The notes under the pieces are model-generated. The model did not search any database, was not told the DNA's origin, and worked only from the letters and a program-made list of their open reading frames with translations. Made by a program: the position numbers and the translations under genes. From assembly GCA_030704615.1 (NCBI GenBank), contig CM060733.1, positions 868,001-932,000 on the forward strand: a DNA stretch of 64,000 nt. Reading direction: 5' to 3'. Source of the stretch: Takakia lepidozioides. Lineage: Eukaryota > Plantae > Bryophyta. Below are positions 37,561 to 49,600 of this stretch, in pieces. How positions within the stretch are numbered: the stretch's first letter is position 1; the number at the start of each line of letters is the position of its first letter.

Positions 37561-38500
37561 ATTTGTTTTCTAGACTTGTTTGGCGGGATCAGCACCGGAT
37601 TGGCTGCTGTGTTACAAGCAGGTGTATAAGTTCGGCGTTACCTGTATATGGAGAGGGATCGATGAGACTGCATGACGCGTTTCACTTTGCCATGTTGCTC
37701 AGTTGGTGCAGCAGTACCCTGAGTTGTTGCCGGTGTCTGCAGTTCGTGGATATTAGCAGGCCTTGCCAGTTGACATTTTGTTGCTGGGGGCGCAGGATTT
37801 GGAGCGGGTTGGCTCCATTGATCCGGTAGTGGCAGGTTGGCCCTGCCAAGGGCATTCATCAGCTGGGCATGGCAATGGATTACGAAACTCAAGGTCGGGT
37901 CTGTTTTGGGAGATGGTGCGGGTTTTGCGCCACTTGCAGCTTCATCAAGTTGTATCTCCAGCATACATCTTGGAGAATGTGCCACTGATGGGCGATTCTC
38001 GGGCCAAGGTGATGGCCAGTGTGCATTAAGTCCGGTCGTGGCTTGGGTCAGCAGTGTTGCTGGATGCAGCTACAGTGGGGTCACGGGCTCATCGTCCACG
38101 GCTATGGTGGACTAACTTGATGCCACCCGCACTGCTCAAGCGTGCATTTGATGGGGTGCAGCGGTCACCACACCTCACAGTGGATAGCATTTTGGACACA
38201 GGGAGGCAGTCTCAGCGTGTGAGACACGATGACCGTTCGCCTTTGGTAATGGTCAACAAGGTGGGTCAACCACGAGCAGCATTACCTACACTACTCAGCT
38301 TCTCAGGATCGCATGCTTTCCGGGATAGTGGACCTGGCCTCCTATGGGATGCTCAGTTGCAGCAGTTAGTGGAGCCTAATGCTGACGAGCGTGAGCGGGC
38401 AATGGGTTTTACCACTGGTACCACGGCGGTGTCGTCTCTTTCAGAGGCATCGCGTCATCAGGTGTTGGGGCAAGCAATGGATCTCAATTGCTTGACATGG
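37561..38500 (+). pseudogene. DNMT3-like C5 cytosine DNA methyltransferase domain within the Gypsy polyprotein
   Basis: Motif I LDLFGGISTG (37570); II YLYMERD; IV VAGWPCQGHS (catalytic PC, ~37835); V GLRNSRSGLFWE; VI ILENV (37973); VIII DAATVGSRAHRPRLWWTN (~38089); IX ERERAMGF (38387); X RHQVLGQAMD (~38460). One 4-nt insertion at ~37660 and a few TAA/TAG/TGA stops. Confidence 0.9.
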
Positions 38501-38980
38501 ATTATCAGCTTGGCTATGACTGAGCAACGTAGAGTGCGGAGTACACTTCCCTCGATGGTCTCTCTGCCTACCGAGACGGTACAGGCAGTGAGTGGGGGCG
38601 AACATGAGAGGACCACGGGATGCAGGCATCCATGGCACACGTGGGAGGTGCTCGAGGTTTAGAGGGAGTTGGCAGCCAGGGTGGCGGTGATGGATGAGGT
38701 TGGGGATTTTTCTCGGGTTGAGGAAGTCCTCGAGGATGAGATGATGGGGCAGGATGAGGCCTTGTCACTGACTGAGCAGGTAGGGAGTACTGCTCAAAAG
38801 GTTGCAACATAGCAACCACTGGACGCGTCCTCTACCTCTAAGCCCACTGGACTTAAGGTTGCAGTTACGGAGGACAATTGGGAGCCTGACATTGGACCCA
38901 TTGTCACCGGAGGAGATAGACGACATATACGGCGGTTCCTGAGGGCTTACAGGAATTGTTTTGCCTTCAGTTTAAAGGAC

Positions 38981-41948
38981 TTGGGAGCACTGAAGGGTCG
39001 AGAGATCCGTATTGAGTTGGCCACTGACATGCCAATCTTTCAGAGACCCTATAGATACAGTGACATGGAGAGGTCTTTGATTCAGATGAGGACTCAAGAT
39101 CTCTGGGAGGCAGGTTTGGTGGAGCTCTCTGGTGGAGAGTATGCTTCAGCCACAATGATGCCAGCCAAGAAGAATATCTATGGCAATTGGACGGAGAGGC
39201 GTATGTGCGTTGATTACCGGCTTGTAGATCATCAGACCAAGTCCGATAAGTATGCCATGCCAACACAAGAGGAGATCTTTGATGCCATCGGGCATGCTAA
39301 GATCTTTAGCACTTTGGATTTACGATTCGGATATCACCAGTTGCCGATCAAGGAGGCGGACAAGCAGAAGACGACATTCTAGGGGATCAATGAGCACGAC
39401 AAGGATTGCCTATATCAGTGGCGGTTCTTACCATTTGGGCTTAAGAATGCTCCTACAGAATTTCAGAGAGTCATGGATAGGATTCTAGCAGGGGTGGACT
39501 TTGTTCGGTGTTACATAGATGACATCATCATCTTTAGTGCTACGGTGGAGGAGCATGAGAGACACCTTCAGGTGGTATTGGAGCGCTTGAGAGCGCACGG
39601 ATTGAAGTTGCATTTGGGGAAGTGCAAGTTTTTCCACAACCAGATTGAGTATCTGGGTCACATGATATATCCTGGAGGATTGGGGGTACAGCAGACTAAG
39701 GTAGAGGCCATTGCACAAATTCCACGCCCCACGGATGTGAGCTGAGTTCGAGCTTTCATGGGGTTGGCAAACTATTATAGACGGTTTGTTAAGGGATTTA
39801 GTGCCATTGCAAAGGCTCTAACCAAGCTGACCAAGGTGGACCAGGAGTGGCAGTGGGAAGATGAGCAGGAACGAGCTTTTCAAGAGCTCAAGGCAAGGTT
39901 GACCTCAGCGCCTATCCTGAGACGACCTATCAGGGGGCGTCCCTTTCAGCTGCATACGGATTGGAGCATGCTGGGGCTTGGAGCTATTCTCACACATGTG
40001 GATGATAAGGGAAGAGAGTTCGTAGTGGCTTATGCTAGCCGCTCAAACAACGCTGCAGAGGCTAAGTACAGCTCATATGAGGGAGAGTGCTTAGCTGCAG
40101 TGTGGGTCGTGGCACACTTCAGGTGCTATCTATACGGCAATCTCTTCACCTTTGTCACGGATCACCAGCCACTCAAGTGGTTGATGGAGTCAGACAAGCT
40201 TACGGGGAAGCTTGCACGGTGGGCACTCATACTCCAGGAGTATGACTTTCAGGTTGTGCATCGACCGGGTTTGGTCAATCGGGATGTGGATGGATTGAAT
40301 CGCAATCCATGCACGAGCCAGCAGGATGACACTGGAGCTCGGTGGCATGGTGAGACGGACGAGGAGATGGTGTCGGGATGGCATGCATCTGCCTTTTTGT
40401 ATATCTTGGCATCGGGAGGTCAGGTTGGACCTACAACAGGGATGACTGTAGACGGAGTGTCTGAGGACCCTGAGGCTAGTGATGAGCCAAGTGGTACCCA
40501 AGATATACATGAGGATTCGGCTGTGTTGGACTACCTCCATACTGGAGACACAGCAGCCACTGTGACTGCCAAAGAGAGGGATCAGATCCTGCAACGAGCC
40601 AAGAGGTTCAAGTGGGATGGGATACACCTGCTCCGAGTATGGGAGGATGGTTGGGTGAGGATTGTGCCTCACCCCACACAGCGTGCACGGTTAGTGCGGC
40701 ATGCCCATGAGGAGTTGGGGCATTTTGGAATGCGACGCACTCACAGTTTATTGCAAGGGTAGTATTGGTGGCGTGGTATGCATACAGAGGTGCAACAGTT
40801 CGTGGCTAGGTGCATGGTGTGTGACAGGGTGCGTGCTTCATTCAACACCCCTACACCACAGTTGCATCATTTACCAATTATGGGATTGGGCTACAGGTGG
40901 AGTCTTGACTTCGTAGGACCTTTGTCATTGACTATGCGCCACCGCAGATATGTGTTGGTGATGGTGGAGCACTTCTCCAAGTGGATTGAGTTGGTTCCAT
41001 TGCCTGACAAGGCTAGTGAGGGGGCTGTGTATGCATTCTTGGATTGTGTGCTTAGCCGATTCGGTGCTCCAGCTGAGGTACTCACGGACCAAGGGAGAGA
41101 GTTCTTGGGGGAGTTTCAGGCTTTTGTGTGATAAAGCCTTGATAGACCACCGCACCACTTCTCGGGATCATCCTGAGGCCGATGGCTTGGCAGAGAGAGT
41201 TGTTCAAACGGTGAAGAGGGGTTTGCGCAAGTATGGCTTGCAGAAGGAACACCTAGGAGATTGGGATCTTCAGGTGCCTTGGTTAGCCATGGGCTGCAGG
41301 TTCAGCAAACAAGCATCACTTGCCTCCTTCTCACCATATTTCCTTATCTTTGGCCGAGAGCCGGATTTGCCTGCAGCCATTCGTAGGGACACTGCTCAAG
41401 TCCTTAACCTTGACGATCCGGACGTGTGGGTACGTGCATGTGATCAGCGTGCAGAGTTGTTCAAGAAAGTCATGCCCATGGCTTTTGAGAACCTTGCCAT
41501 TGCACAGCACCGTGATATGTTGAGGTATGCCACTATACGTGGTGGAGGATATCGTCCTGGGGTTCGGAGGTTTAGCCCTGGTGACTATGTTTATTTGTAG
41601 CAGACTGCTCCTACGACCCTGGATGTCACTGCAGGGCGTGTTATTCTGAGGGTTCGAGCGGTGTTGCCCTCAGGGGTCCTGATCTTGGAGGGTCGGGATG
41701 GCATGACTTGGAAGGACCATGTGCATAATTGTGCGCCATGTCACCTTCCCAATGTCGATGGCAGAGTTGACCCAAACTTGGCAGTAGTACCTGCAGGTTT
41801 GAGGTGCATGCTCTGTGGGTCTGCCAAAGGGGCAGCCACCATGCTAGTGTGTGATCGATGCTCAAGAGGTTGGCACATGGGATGCTTGACACCACCTCTT
41901 GAGAGGGTTCCTGATGGAGATTGGTTGTGTCCACACTGCTTGGGATAG
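38981..41948 (+). pseudogene. Gypsy RT - RNase H - integrase - PHD finger
   Basis: RT: RMCVDYR, STLDLRFGYHQ, LPFGLKNAP, YIDD, EYLGH. RNase H: LHTDWS, VAYASR, EGECLA, VTDHQPL. Integrase: HAHEELGHF..CMVC, SLDFVGP, TDQGREF, HPEADGLAER. PHD at 41805-41945: CMLC..MLVCDRCSRGWHMGCLTPPLERVPDGDWLCPHC. One +1 frameshift at ~41125. Confidence 0.95.
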
Positions 41949-42208
41949 TGGCAGTGGACATGACTAGAGGCAGCTAACAAGACATGGGAGGCCAAGCTCA
42001 TATGAGTCAATACACAAGATCCCAGGCTTAAGTTCACAGGTTGCAAGACGGCGACTAACGATGGGACAATTCTTGCACCCGGCCTCTTGATCTATCGAGT
42101 TTGAGTATAGTAGGGATAGTGGTGGAGGACTTAGTGAGGCTATGGTCACTATCACATCTTGTGGCTATCTGGACTTAGAGGGATCTAAGCACCAGCTAGG
42201 GGGGCGAT

Positions 42209-42384
42209 TGTGTGGACTAGTGACTGCCATAGTGGGCAGCATAGTAGCAGCCTAGTGACTGACTAGTTGTGGACTAGTGGCTGGACTAGTGGTGGACTAG
42301 TGGTATACTAGTGTGTGGTGTGCACATGTGTTGTGTAGTTTTGGACAGCGATGTAGTTGTGTAGCGATATGTATGCGCACGACA
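42209..42384 (+). repeat. Terminal repeat B1, preceded by a polypurine-tract-like AGGGGGGCGA
   Basis: TGTGTGGACTAGTGACTGCCATAGT...ATGCGCACGACA, repeated at 42716-42903. Confidence 0.9.
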
Positions 42385-42386
42385 GC

Positions 42387-42712
42387 TGTCAAGTTATTTG
42401 ACCACTAATGTGAAACTAGCTAGGAAATAGCTAGCTTTTACATATTGACATTTGGGACTGGCCCAAGTGTCAATCCAGGGATCAAAGCAGATTTAGGCCC
42501 TGGAGTGGTTATCTTCACGGCAAGCGCGGGAGGCTCATCTTTGTCGAGTTGAGCCTCACCGCGCCTAGTTATGGCGCCGTAGTGTGGATTCCCCATGGCG
42601 TAGGGTACACTTGGCTCGACTTGTATTTGAGTGATGAGTTTATATATGCATGAGCTTATGCCTCAGCTTCGTGAGCTCGCATGAGCTTGTGCTTGTATTC
42701 TTCTTCTTTATC
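42387..42712 (+). repeat. Terminal repeat A2
   Basis: Direct copy of 33862-34184. Confidence 0.93.
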
Positions 42713-42715
42713 CAT

Positions 42716-42903
42716 TGTGTGGACTAGTGACTGCCATAGTAGACAAAATAGTAGCAGCCTAGTGACTGACTAGTTGTAGCCTAGTGGTTGGACTAATGGT
42801 TGGACTAATGGTGGACCAGTGGTATACTAGTGTGTGGTGTGCACATGTGTTGTGTGGTTTTGGACAGCGATGTAGTTGTGTAACGATATATATGCGCACG
42901 ACA
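42716..42903 (+). repeat. Terminal repeat B2 (right end of the element)
   Basis: Direct copy of B1 with a small indel. Ends GACA, followed by the TSD CCCGA. Confidence 0.9.
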
Positions 42904-43425
42904 CCCGAAATAGGGACCATTCAGTCCTACATAGCTTTGGACCTCATCCTCTAAAAACCCCTTAGAGGGGTCTACCACTATTATGCCCCTCTTACTTTCT
43001 GGGATGAGTTCCAGAAACTCTTGTACCCATCCCTCTCCCATATCTACATGGTACCCCCAATCCACAACACCCTCCCCTTCATAGCGGCTGCTTGTGTGGT
43101 GACAGGTCTTCAACATGAGCCTGTCCACGAAACCTAATAGCACATAGCACAAAACCACAACTCCTTGCTCTTCTTCATCCATTGTGTAGAAACACTTGAG
43201 GTCGCCCATGTGGACTGTCATTGTCCTGACTCCTCCCTGGATTTTGTACACCCACACTTTGTTCTGCCCTTCTTCTGTTTGCACCTTTTCAAGAAGGCGC
43301 AAGATAACCTCATGGGGAATGTGGGCTGGCAATTCTTCAAAACCTGCATAAATCTTCCGGAGCCTGAAAGCTACACCCGCCCCAAATCCATTGCAACCTT
43401 GAACTTGATAGAGTAGTCTCCTCAT
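42904..43425 (-). pseudogene. Uncharacterised ORF interrupted by the Gypsy insertion
   Basis: ATG at 43425, open to the element edge (...GLNGPYFG). It continues in frame beyond the other edge (33856 downward) as FLHESRLQTYSTCIL-stop. Confidence 0.5.
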
Positions 43426-46400
43426 AAAATGTCAGTACTATAGTGTGTGGAGAAGAGGACTCCAAAGAGCTATGACAATCTTAGAAGAACACGAAACGAT
43501 GCACACACCAGGAAAACAATGTATACAGGAGACGAATTGGATAACCTAAGATAACAACAAAACTTTCAAATACTCCATCTGGAAACAGATGATGTGAAGA
43601 AAAAAGAACAACGATGAATCACATTAAACACTTCAGAATGACCCTGTGCTTATACACAATGCCTGAACCTACTCTTCCACAAGGTCTCGGTGGGACAAAC
43701 GTGAACTCCCCCCCCGACAGAAAAAACACCTATGTATATCCCATCGAGGGTTGCATTGTGTAACGGCTGCACCGTTACACATGGTATTTGCATCCGTTTG
43801 TTATCCATCTGTTCCGTGTAGTCATCCCCCTGTCGGATTTATCAGCTTCACTTCTTCTCCTCTTATTCAATTGAGGTTAAGTAAAGTCTTTGTCGCTGGA
43901 GAATGAACCTAGCTTCGTAAAATGATGTTCTGTACACATATACAATGACTACACTGTACCTCTTGTGCTCAACATTCTACAAGCGCTAATGTGAATGCTC
44001 GTCACAGTTTGAATAAAACAACCAATTTGAAGATGCACGTAGGTTTTTCAAACTCCAACTTTTCCTGGTCTTGTGCAATTCATGTGTAACAACATGTCAG
44101 ATTTACAGAATGACGCTACCATTCCAACACGATATCAATAACCCATACGGAATGAATTTGCAACATTGTACATGGCCCAATATGAATGCAAGTGGGTTTA
44201 GGGTCAGGAACCCTAAACTGCCAGATGCATCGAGGTTTTGTGACCATAACTTGTTGTGGTCTTACTCAATTCACATCTGTAGTCTCTTATTTTGTATGTG
44301 AGAGGGAGTGGCGAAGACTTTGACACTCTTAGTCTGAATGGGGTTGGGTTGGCTTGTGTGTCACGGAATAGAATGTCCATGTCAGGTTATAATTTACAAT
44401 ATATTTTACCAGAAGCAGGACCTGCTACGAAATTGAAGCATAAGAGATCACCATTGAGAACATAATTGTGAGAACCATGGTTCTGAAAATGCTACAGCCC
44501 ATGGATATAATCGTGTGACACTGTGACCTCATGTCTGGAGGCATAAGTCTGGAGGCATAAGTCGAGAATTTTGTGTGTGCATGCACGGTTACACATGATT
44601 GTCCATCCATTCTTTTCTCAGTTGCATTTTCATCCGCAGATCATCATCCATCTGTCTCGTCCTCAAACCTCATGTTGTTTTGGCGCGTAAGAGGAAGGTG
44701 TGCTTCAGTGTACTTGTGGAGGCTGTTTCAGTTGGACAGTATTATGGCTAATGGCATTGGTATGTCCAGAAAACCGTCGCAGATCATTGTGTACTCTGCT
44801 CAGTTGCAAGTTCATCTTCTTACGGTCCTTGTTGTGATGATGTAGTGTCTATTTACATGAGTATTGTGGAGAAAATGTGTCATATGGAGCTTGGTTGCTT
44901 GGCCTTCATGTGGAGCGGCAATCGATGAGGTTGATCTTTGTTGCGAAATGGAATCCAGTTGCTGCTGCCGGTGAGAATCGGAATTGTGTGCATTTCATGA
45001 ACTGAATGTCTGTGATGTTTGAAAAAGTGAAGTTGCATTTTCATCATCTTCTTTTCTTAAAGCTGCCTAGGTTATAGCCTTAGAGCCATCCGATAATATT
45101 CCGACTGTTGCACTCGGAACAGCTGCTTATGTGACCATCTGCCTAAAAGCCCCCAAAAACAGTCAACATGGGAAGCTGCAAATGTTTAGTTTCTTCAGTT
45201 CTCAAAATCAGTAATGTATATCTTCATTTATTTTGAAGGAGGCAGTATATAGTGGAGGTGAACCTCACTCGTTTGAGACGTTTGCTATTTCAATTCCCCG
45301 AAACTCCATCTTCTTAACTCTGCAAAATCATCTTCTCAACACAGAAGATGGCCAGTGTGCCATTACAAATGCGGGTGAGAATTTCCTGGAGATTGGATAC
45401 TTCCTGTACGGAGGCATGCCCCCATACGAGGAAGCCCAAACCTAGGTGCGTGAAGGACTTGCAGCCCTTTGGGGAGTGCGGAAAGAGGATTGCGAGCACC
45501 TTTTTGAAGATCTGCATGGATTGATGCGCGAGGTCCGATGCAAGGCTGTGCGTGACCTCGCCGTTTTGAATCCTATTGCCTTTAGAATATTGTGGTGTGA
45601 GTATGCCAACTGATGGTGCAGGAGGCGAGAAAAAAGCCTTGAAGGACTTCAATGTCATTTTGAGGCATCGGGAGGATGTCGACATGGGCTGGCTTCCTTG
45701 TCCACCAGGTGTCTATTGCCCTTACCACGGTTTGTGCTATTGCATTTGAGTTCCTGGTGCTTCTTAACAATGGCCCTGGTGTTGTTCTCAGTTCTTTTCT
45801 TGTCACGACCACATTTTCACAATGCGGAGGTCGGTGTGCAGGCTGACTTGACTACGGGGAATCCAACCTACTTGACAAACAAGCTGCCCGACAAATCCTC
45901 CATGAGGTCCACATTGAGAGGCTCACAAGGGATGAGACATGTTTATGCAATGCCAAGTGTGGACATAAGGATGTGGTTGTCCCTGAACCGCAGTCAAGCG
46001 CACTCATTCACCTGAGTACAAATACGAACATGGGGGCACTCTTTTTGGCCGCTAACATGGCATGCAATTCCACACCTTCTGACAATACTGTGGTAGAACA
46101 TGTGCTCTCGGATCCTGTCCTCCCTTAGGCCCAAACAATCCTGCCTGCTGAAGAAACTTGTGGCAACATACAGTGCCCACAACCAGGTCCCATGACTTAA
46201 CTTGAAATGGAACTAAGTGCCACTCAGGTATTTCCTGAATTGTGTCGACCCCCTCCCTCTGTGGCCTCTTTGACTTCAGAACAAACCCTCTGTGACATAA
46301 CTGAGTTCCAAAGTCCACCACCCCTTAGTATGCGATATCCCATTGATGAGGGTGATATTGTACATGCAGTAAGCACTGTCGGATCTTCCGTGACCCCAAC

Positions 46401-46685
46401 TAACTCAGTGCTTAAACATGGGACAGAGCCTCCCACCCCAATGCGATGGTTCTCGCAGTGCCTTCGCCCATGCGACCTTACCACATCTTGTTTGATGGTG
46501 CTGATACACCTCACAGTACAGAGGCTACTATAGATGGCAGCGTCTGGGCATTCAATAAAAATGCAACCACTGCCACCTTTGCCAAACCCAAGCCCATCCA
46601 TACCATGGTTGCTGCCAAGGCAAAGGATGCGCTACCCCAACCAGCACTTGCATTGCAGCGCAACAAAACCATGTCTAGATATATA

Positions 46686-49600
46686 CACTACAAGAGATGA
46701 GCGTTTTTAGGACTACGGCTTTGGCGGAGTCATAAAAACTGCACTAGGTAGATGACTGCAGAGCGCTGAAATGCATTGCAGTCATAGTTTTATGACTTTG
46801 TAGTAATGGATATCACTACATGACTCCGGAAAGTTAGGGAGCATTGGTCAAACATTGTTGACCATGATGACAGGGATGGTTTATATGACTAGTGTGATAT
46901 GTTTGACTACACGTGGACAACGTTTCATGGAATCTTATGACTCCATGACTGAAGATGGTTTCACAGCTCTATTTATACGACTACATCACTACACGTGTCA
47001 TTTTGAAGGCACATATAATGCAAATAAGGTTGCCCATTAGGTTTAAAAAAATTAAAAAATTGCTAATAAGGTTGCCCATTAGGGTAATCGTGAACAGAAA
47101 GGAGGGCTGGGACTTGGCTTTTTGTCTCCTGCGCCACACCACATAGCCGAGGGATGGAACGCAATGATAGCAGGATATGCAGGGGCGTGGGATGGAGGCG
47201 TTGAGCAAATGATGCACGAAGGAGAAGAGGAGGAGGAGACAAGACGAGGAGAAGCGAGCTCGCCGTTCTTGGGAGAGTCAGCTTGGTCTTAGCATGCGTG
47301 TTTCAATCTCTGACTACTCAGCTACGCCGTAGTGGTTCGATCTCACAGACCAATCCGACATTACCTGACTACAGACACAAGCAGCACACACAAGAGGTCC
47401 TTTTAGGTTGATGGTCGGTCAAATCCTCCATGGGTCAGGATAGGTCAAGGACAATGTGGTAGGGTACCTTCTTCTTCAACCTATTTCAGCCTGTGTTGCC
47501 CTCTCATCAGACTCGGCCGCAAGATGCATATTGAATTCTGTAAGTTAGGTCGTTGGGTAGATCTGTGGTGGTTTGGAGTGACTTTGGCAAGTTACTGCCA
47601 GTGTGGCAGCATGGAAGTATCCAAAAACATATAATAGAGGTGAGGAGAAGCTTTGGGGTGAACACTTTCCGACCCCAGTCAATGGTGGGACAATGGAGAC
47701 AAAAAGGCGAATGCCTGTTGGACTACAGAGAGAAGCATATGCATTTCAGATTGTGATAAGTAGGGTTGGGGTGTTTTGGGGAAGAACTCCACACCAGTAT
47801 GGTTGGGGTGTTTGCTGGTAGAATTCTAGGCTGTCAGAGGCATGGATAGCTGAAGGAGCAGGGATAGAGTGTGGGTCCAGATTCATCCAAGAGGGCTGGA
47901 TTTCAAGCTCCACATTACCTATGATTCCCTGTGGAAGGATAGCTACAAGAAACCTACATGGGTAGATGGTCAACTGGAAAGCGGCAGCAGCAGCGGCACA
48001 ATTGATAAGGTCAGGCACTTCTACTGAAGGCACCTCTTTCAGCACATTTCACCCTGTTTTTCCCTCTTATCCGTTTCTTGCGAGCTGTCTTCTCTTATCT
48101 GTTTGTCTGCCCAATCTTCAGTGAATGCGTCAAGGCTTTGTGTTTTGGCTTCTTCCTCGCTTTTGTCATCCTCTCTCATGAATATCTCTGGTTGGCGCTC
48201 AAACCCTGCTGAGCTGTAGATGTTGTCCATGCCAATGCATTCTTCTTCACCAAATCCATGTTTTTGCCCTAAATCCTTGATGTTTTGGCTGGATTTCTGC
48301 AGAATAGGCATCCCATCCCCTATTTTGGCCTTCTTTGCACTTCCCCATGTCAACATGTTGATGTGGGGTGTTGTTGTAGTCTTATTGGAGTGTGATCACT
48401 TATATGGTATATCTCGTCCAACTCATCCAGTGCCTCCAGCTCATTATGAGTGAACTGACATGATACTTGTGCTGTTGGTTGCATCATGTACTCCGTGCTT
48501 TGGCAATGGGTAAGCTTCTCCTCCTTCCACGTACTCATTGATCACTGCAAAAGGTACTCCATACATCTTCCCTTGAGGTCCTGTCCCTTTTTTTGCTTCT
48601 GTGATTGTTTCAGCTTTGCTAAAAGTTTGCCAAGACCCATGTTGGGTTAGTGTGTGACGACTGTGTCTCATGTTATTACAGATTTGTGTTCTTTGTTTGG
48701 ACCTTCTAATGCCTTGTCTGATGGACTCAGGTTTGTCAAAATCAACTTTGTATCCACTCTGCTTCCATGTTGTTGCTGTCAGCAGCTTGTTCTTTTGCCA
48801 GTTGAACCCCGACAGGGCCTGGGTCTTCCCTTCTGCCCGCATCAGAGCATTTCGCAATGTGTGTAGTTGCTTTATCCTTCCTCAACTCCGCCCTCTCTTT
48901 GGCAGGTTGCGCACCTTCACCACCTTTGTTGTTTTTTTATTTGCACATGGTATCTGCTGCTTGTGTATCCTCATTGTAGTATTGAATATGCCCTGTAGGC
49001 ATTGGCCTTACAAAGCCATTGTGCTCACTCTGGGTTTGGGTCATAGAACTTGGCTGTCATTGTCAGCTGCTAGCAGCAAGGCGAGGATGTATGCATGATT
49101 TTGTGCAGGGGCATGGATAGCTTAAGGAGCAGGGATAGATGTGTGGGTCCACATTCATCCAAGAGGGCCGGATTTCAAGCTCCATATTACCTATGATTCC
49201 CTGTGGAAGGATAGGTACAAGAAACCTGCATGGGTAGATGGTCAACTGGAAGCCGCAGCAGCAGCGGCACAATTGATCAAATTAGGCACTGTTAATCAAG
49301 GCACCTTCTTCAACACATTTCACCCTGTTTTTCCCTCTTATCAAATCGGCCGTAAGTATTGCACTGTTCAACAGAGTCCTTGATTCTAGTAGCACCAGAA
49401 CAAACTAGTATTACAACAATTCAGCCCACGTGTGGGCTTGCTTATTTTTTGCTTACTGGACCTTTTCAGGCATGGATTTTTGGACCTTGTGGCCTTTGAG
49501 GTGTCCATTGGGACATTGGTCTCATTTGGATTTTTGTAATATAATTTACAGGGCGTGTATTTCCCTGTACTTGTCTATTTTGAATGTCCTTGTGGTTGCT

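Larger units (their letters stand above)
33862..42903 (+). mobile_element. Ty3/Gypsy retrotransposon encoding a C5 DNA methyltransferase and a PHD finger, with split direct repeats
   Basis: Termini TGTC...GACA. Flanking 5-mers CCCCA (33857-33861) and CCCGA (42904-42908). Domain order PR-RT-RH-INT is Gypsy-type. Removing the element re-joins the interrupted minus-strand ORF starting at 43425. Confidence 0.93.

Noticed and set aside
33862-42903. DIRS/Ngaro (tyrosine recombinase) classification suggested by the split repeats
   Set aside because: No tyrosine-recombinase ORF seen. A protease, an HHCC/DDE integrase and a 5-bp TSD are present, so the enzymes are Gypsy-type.
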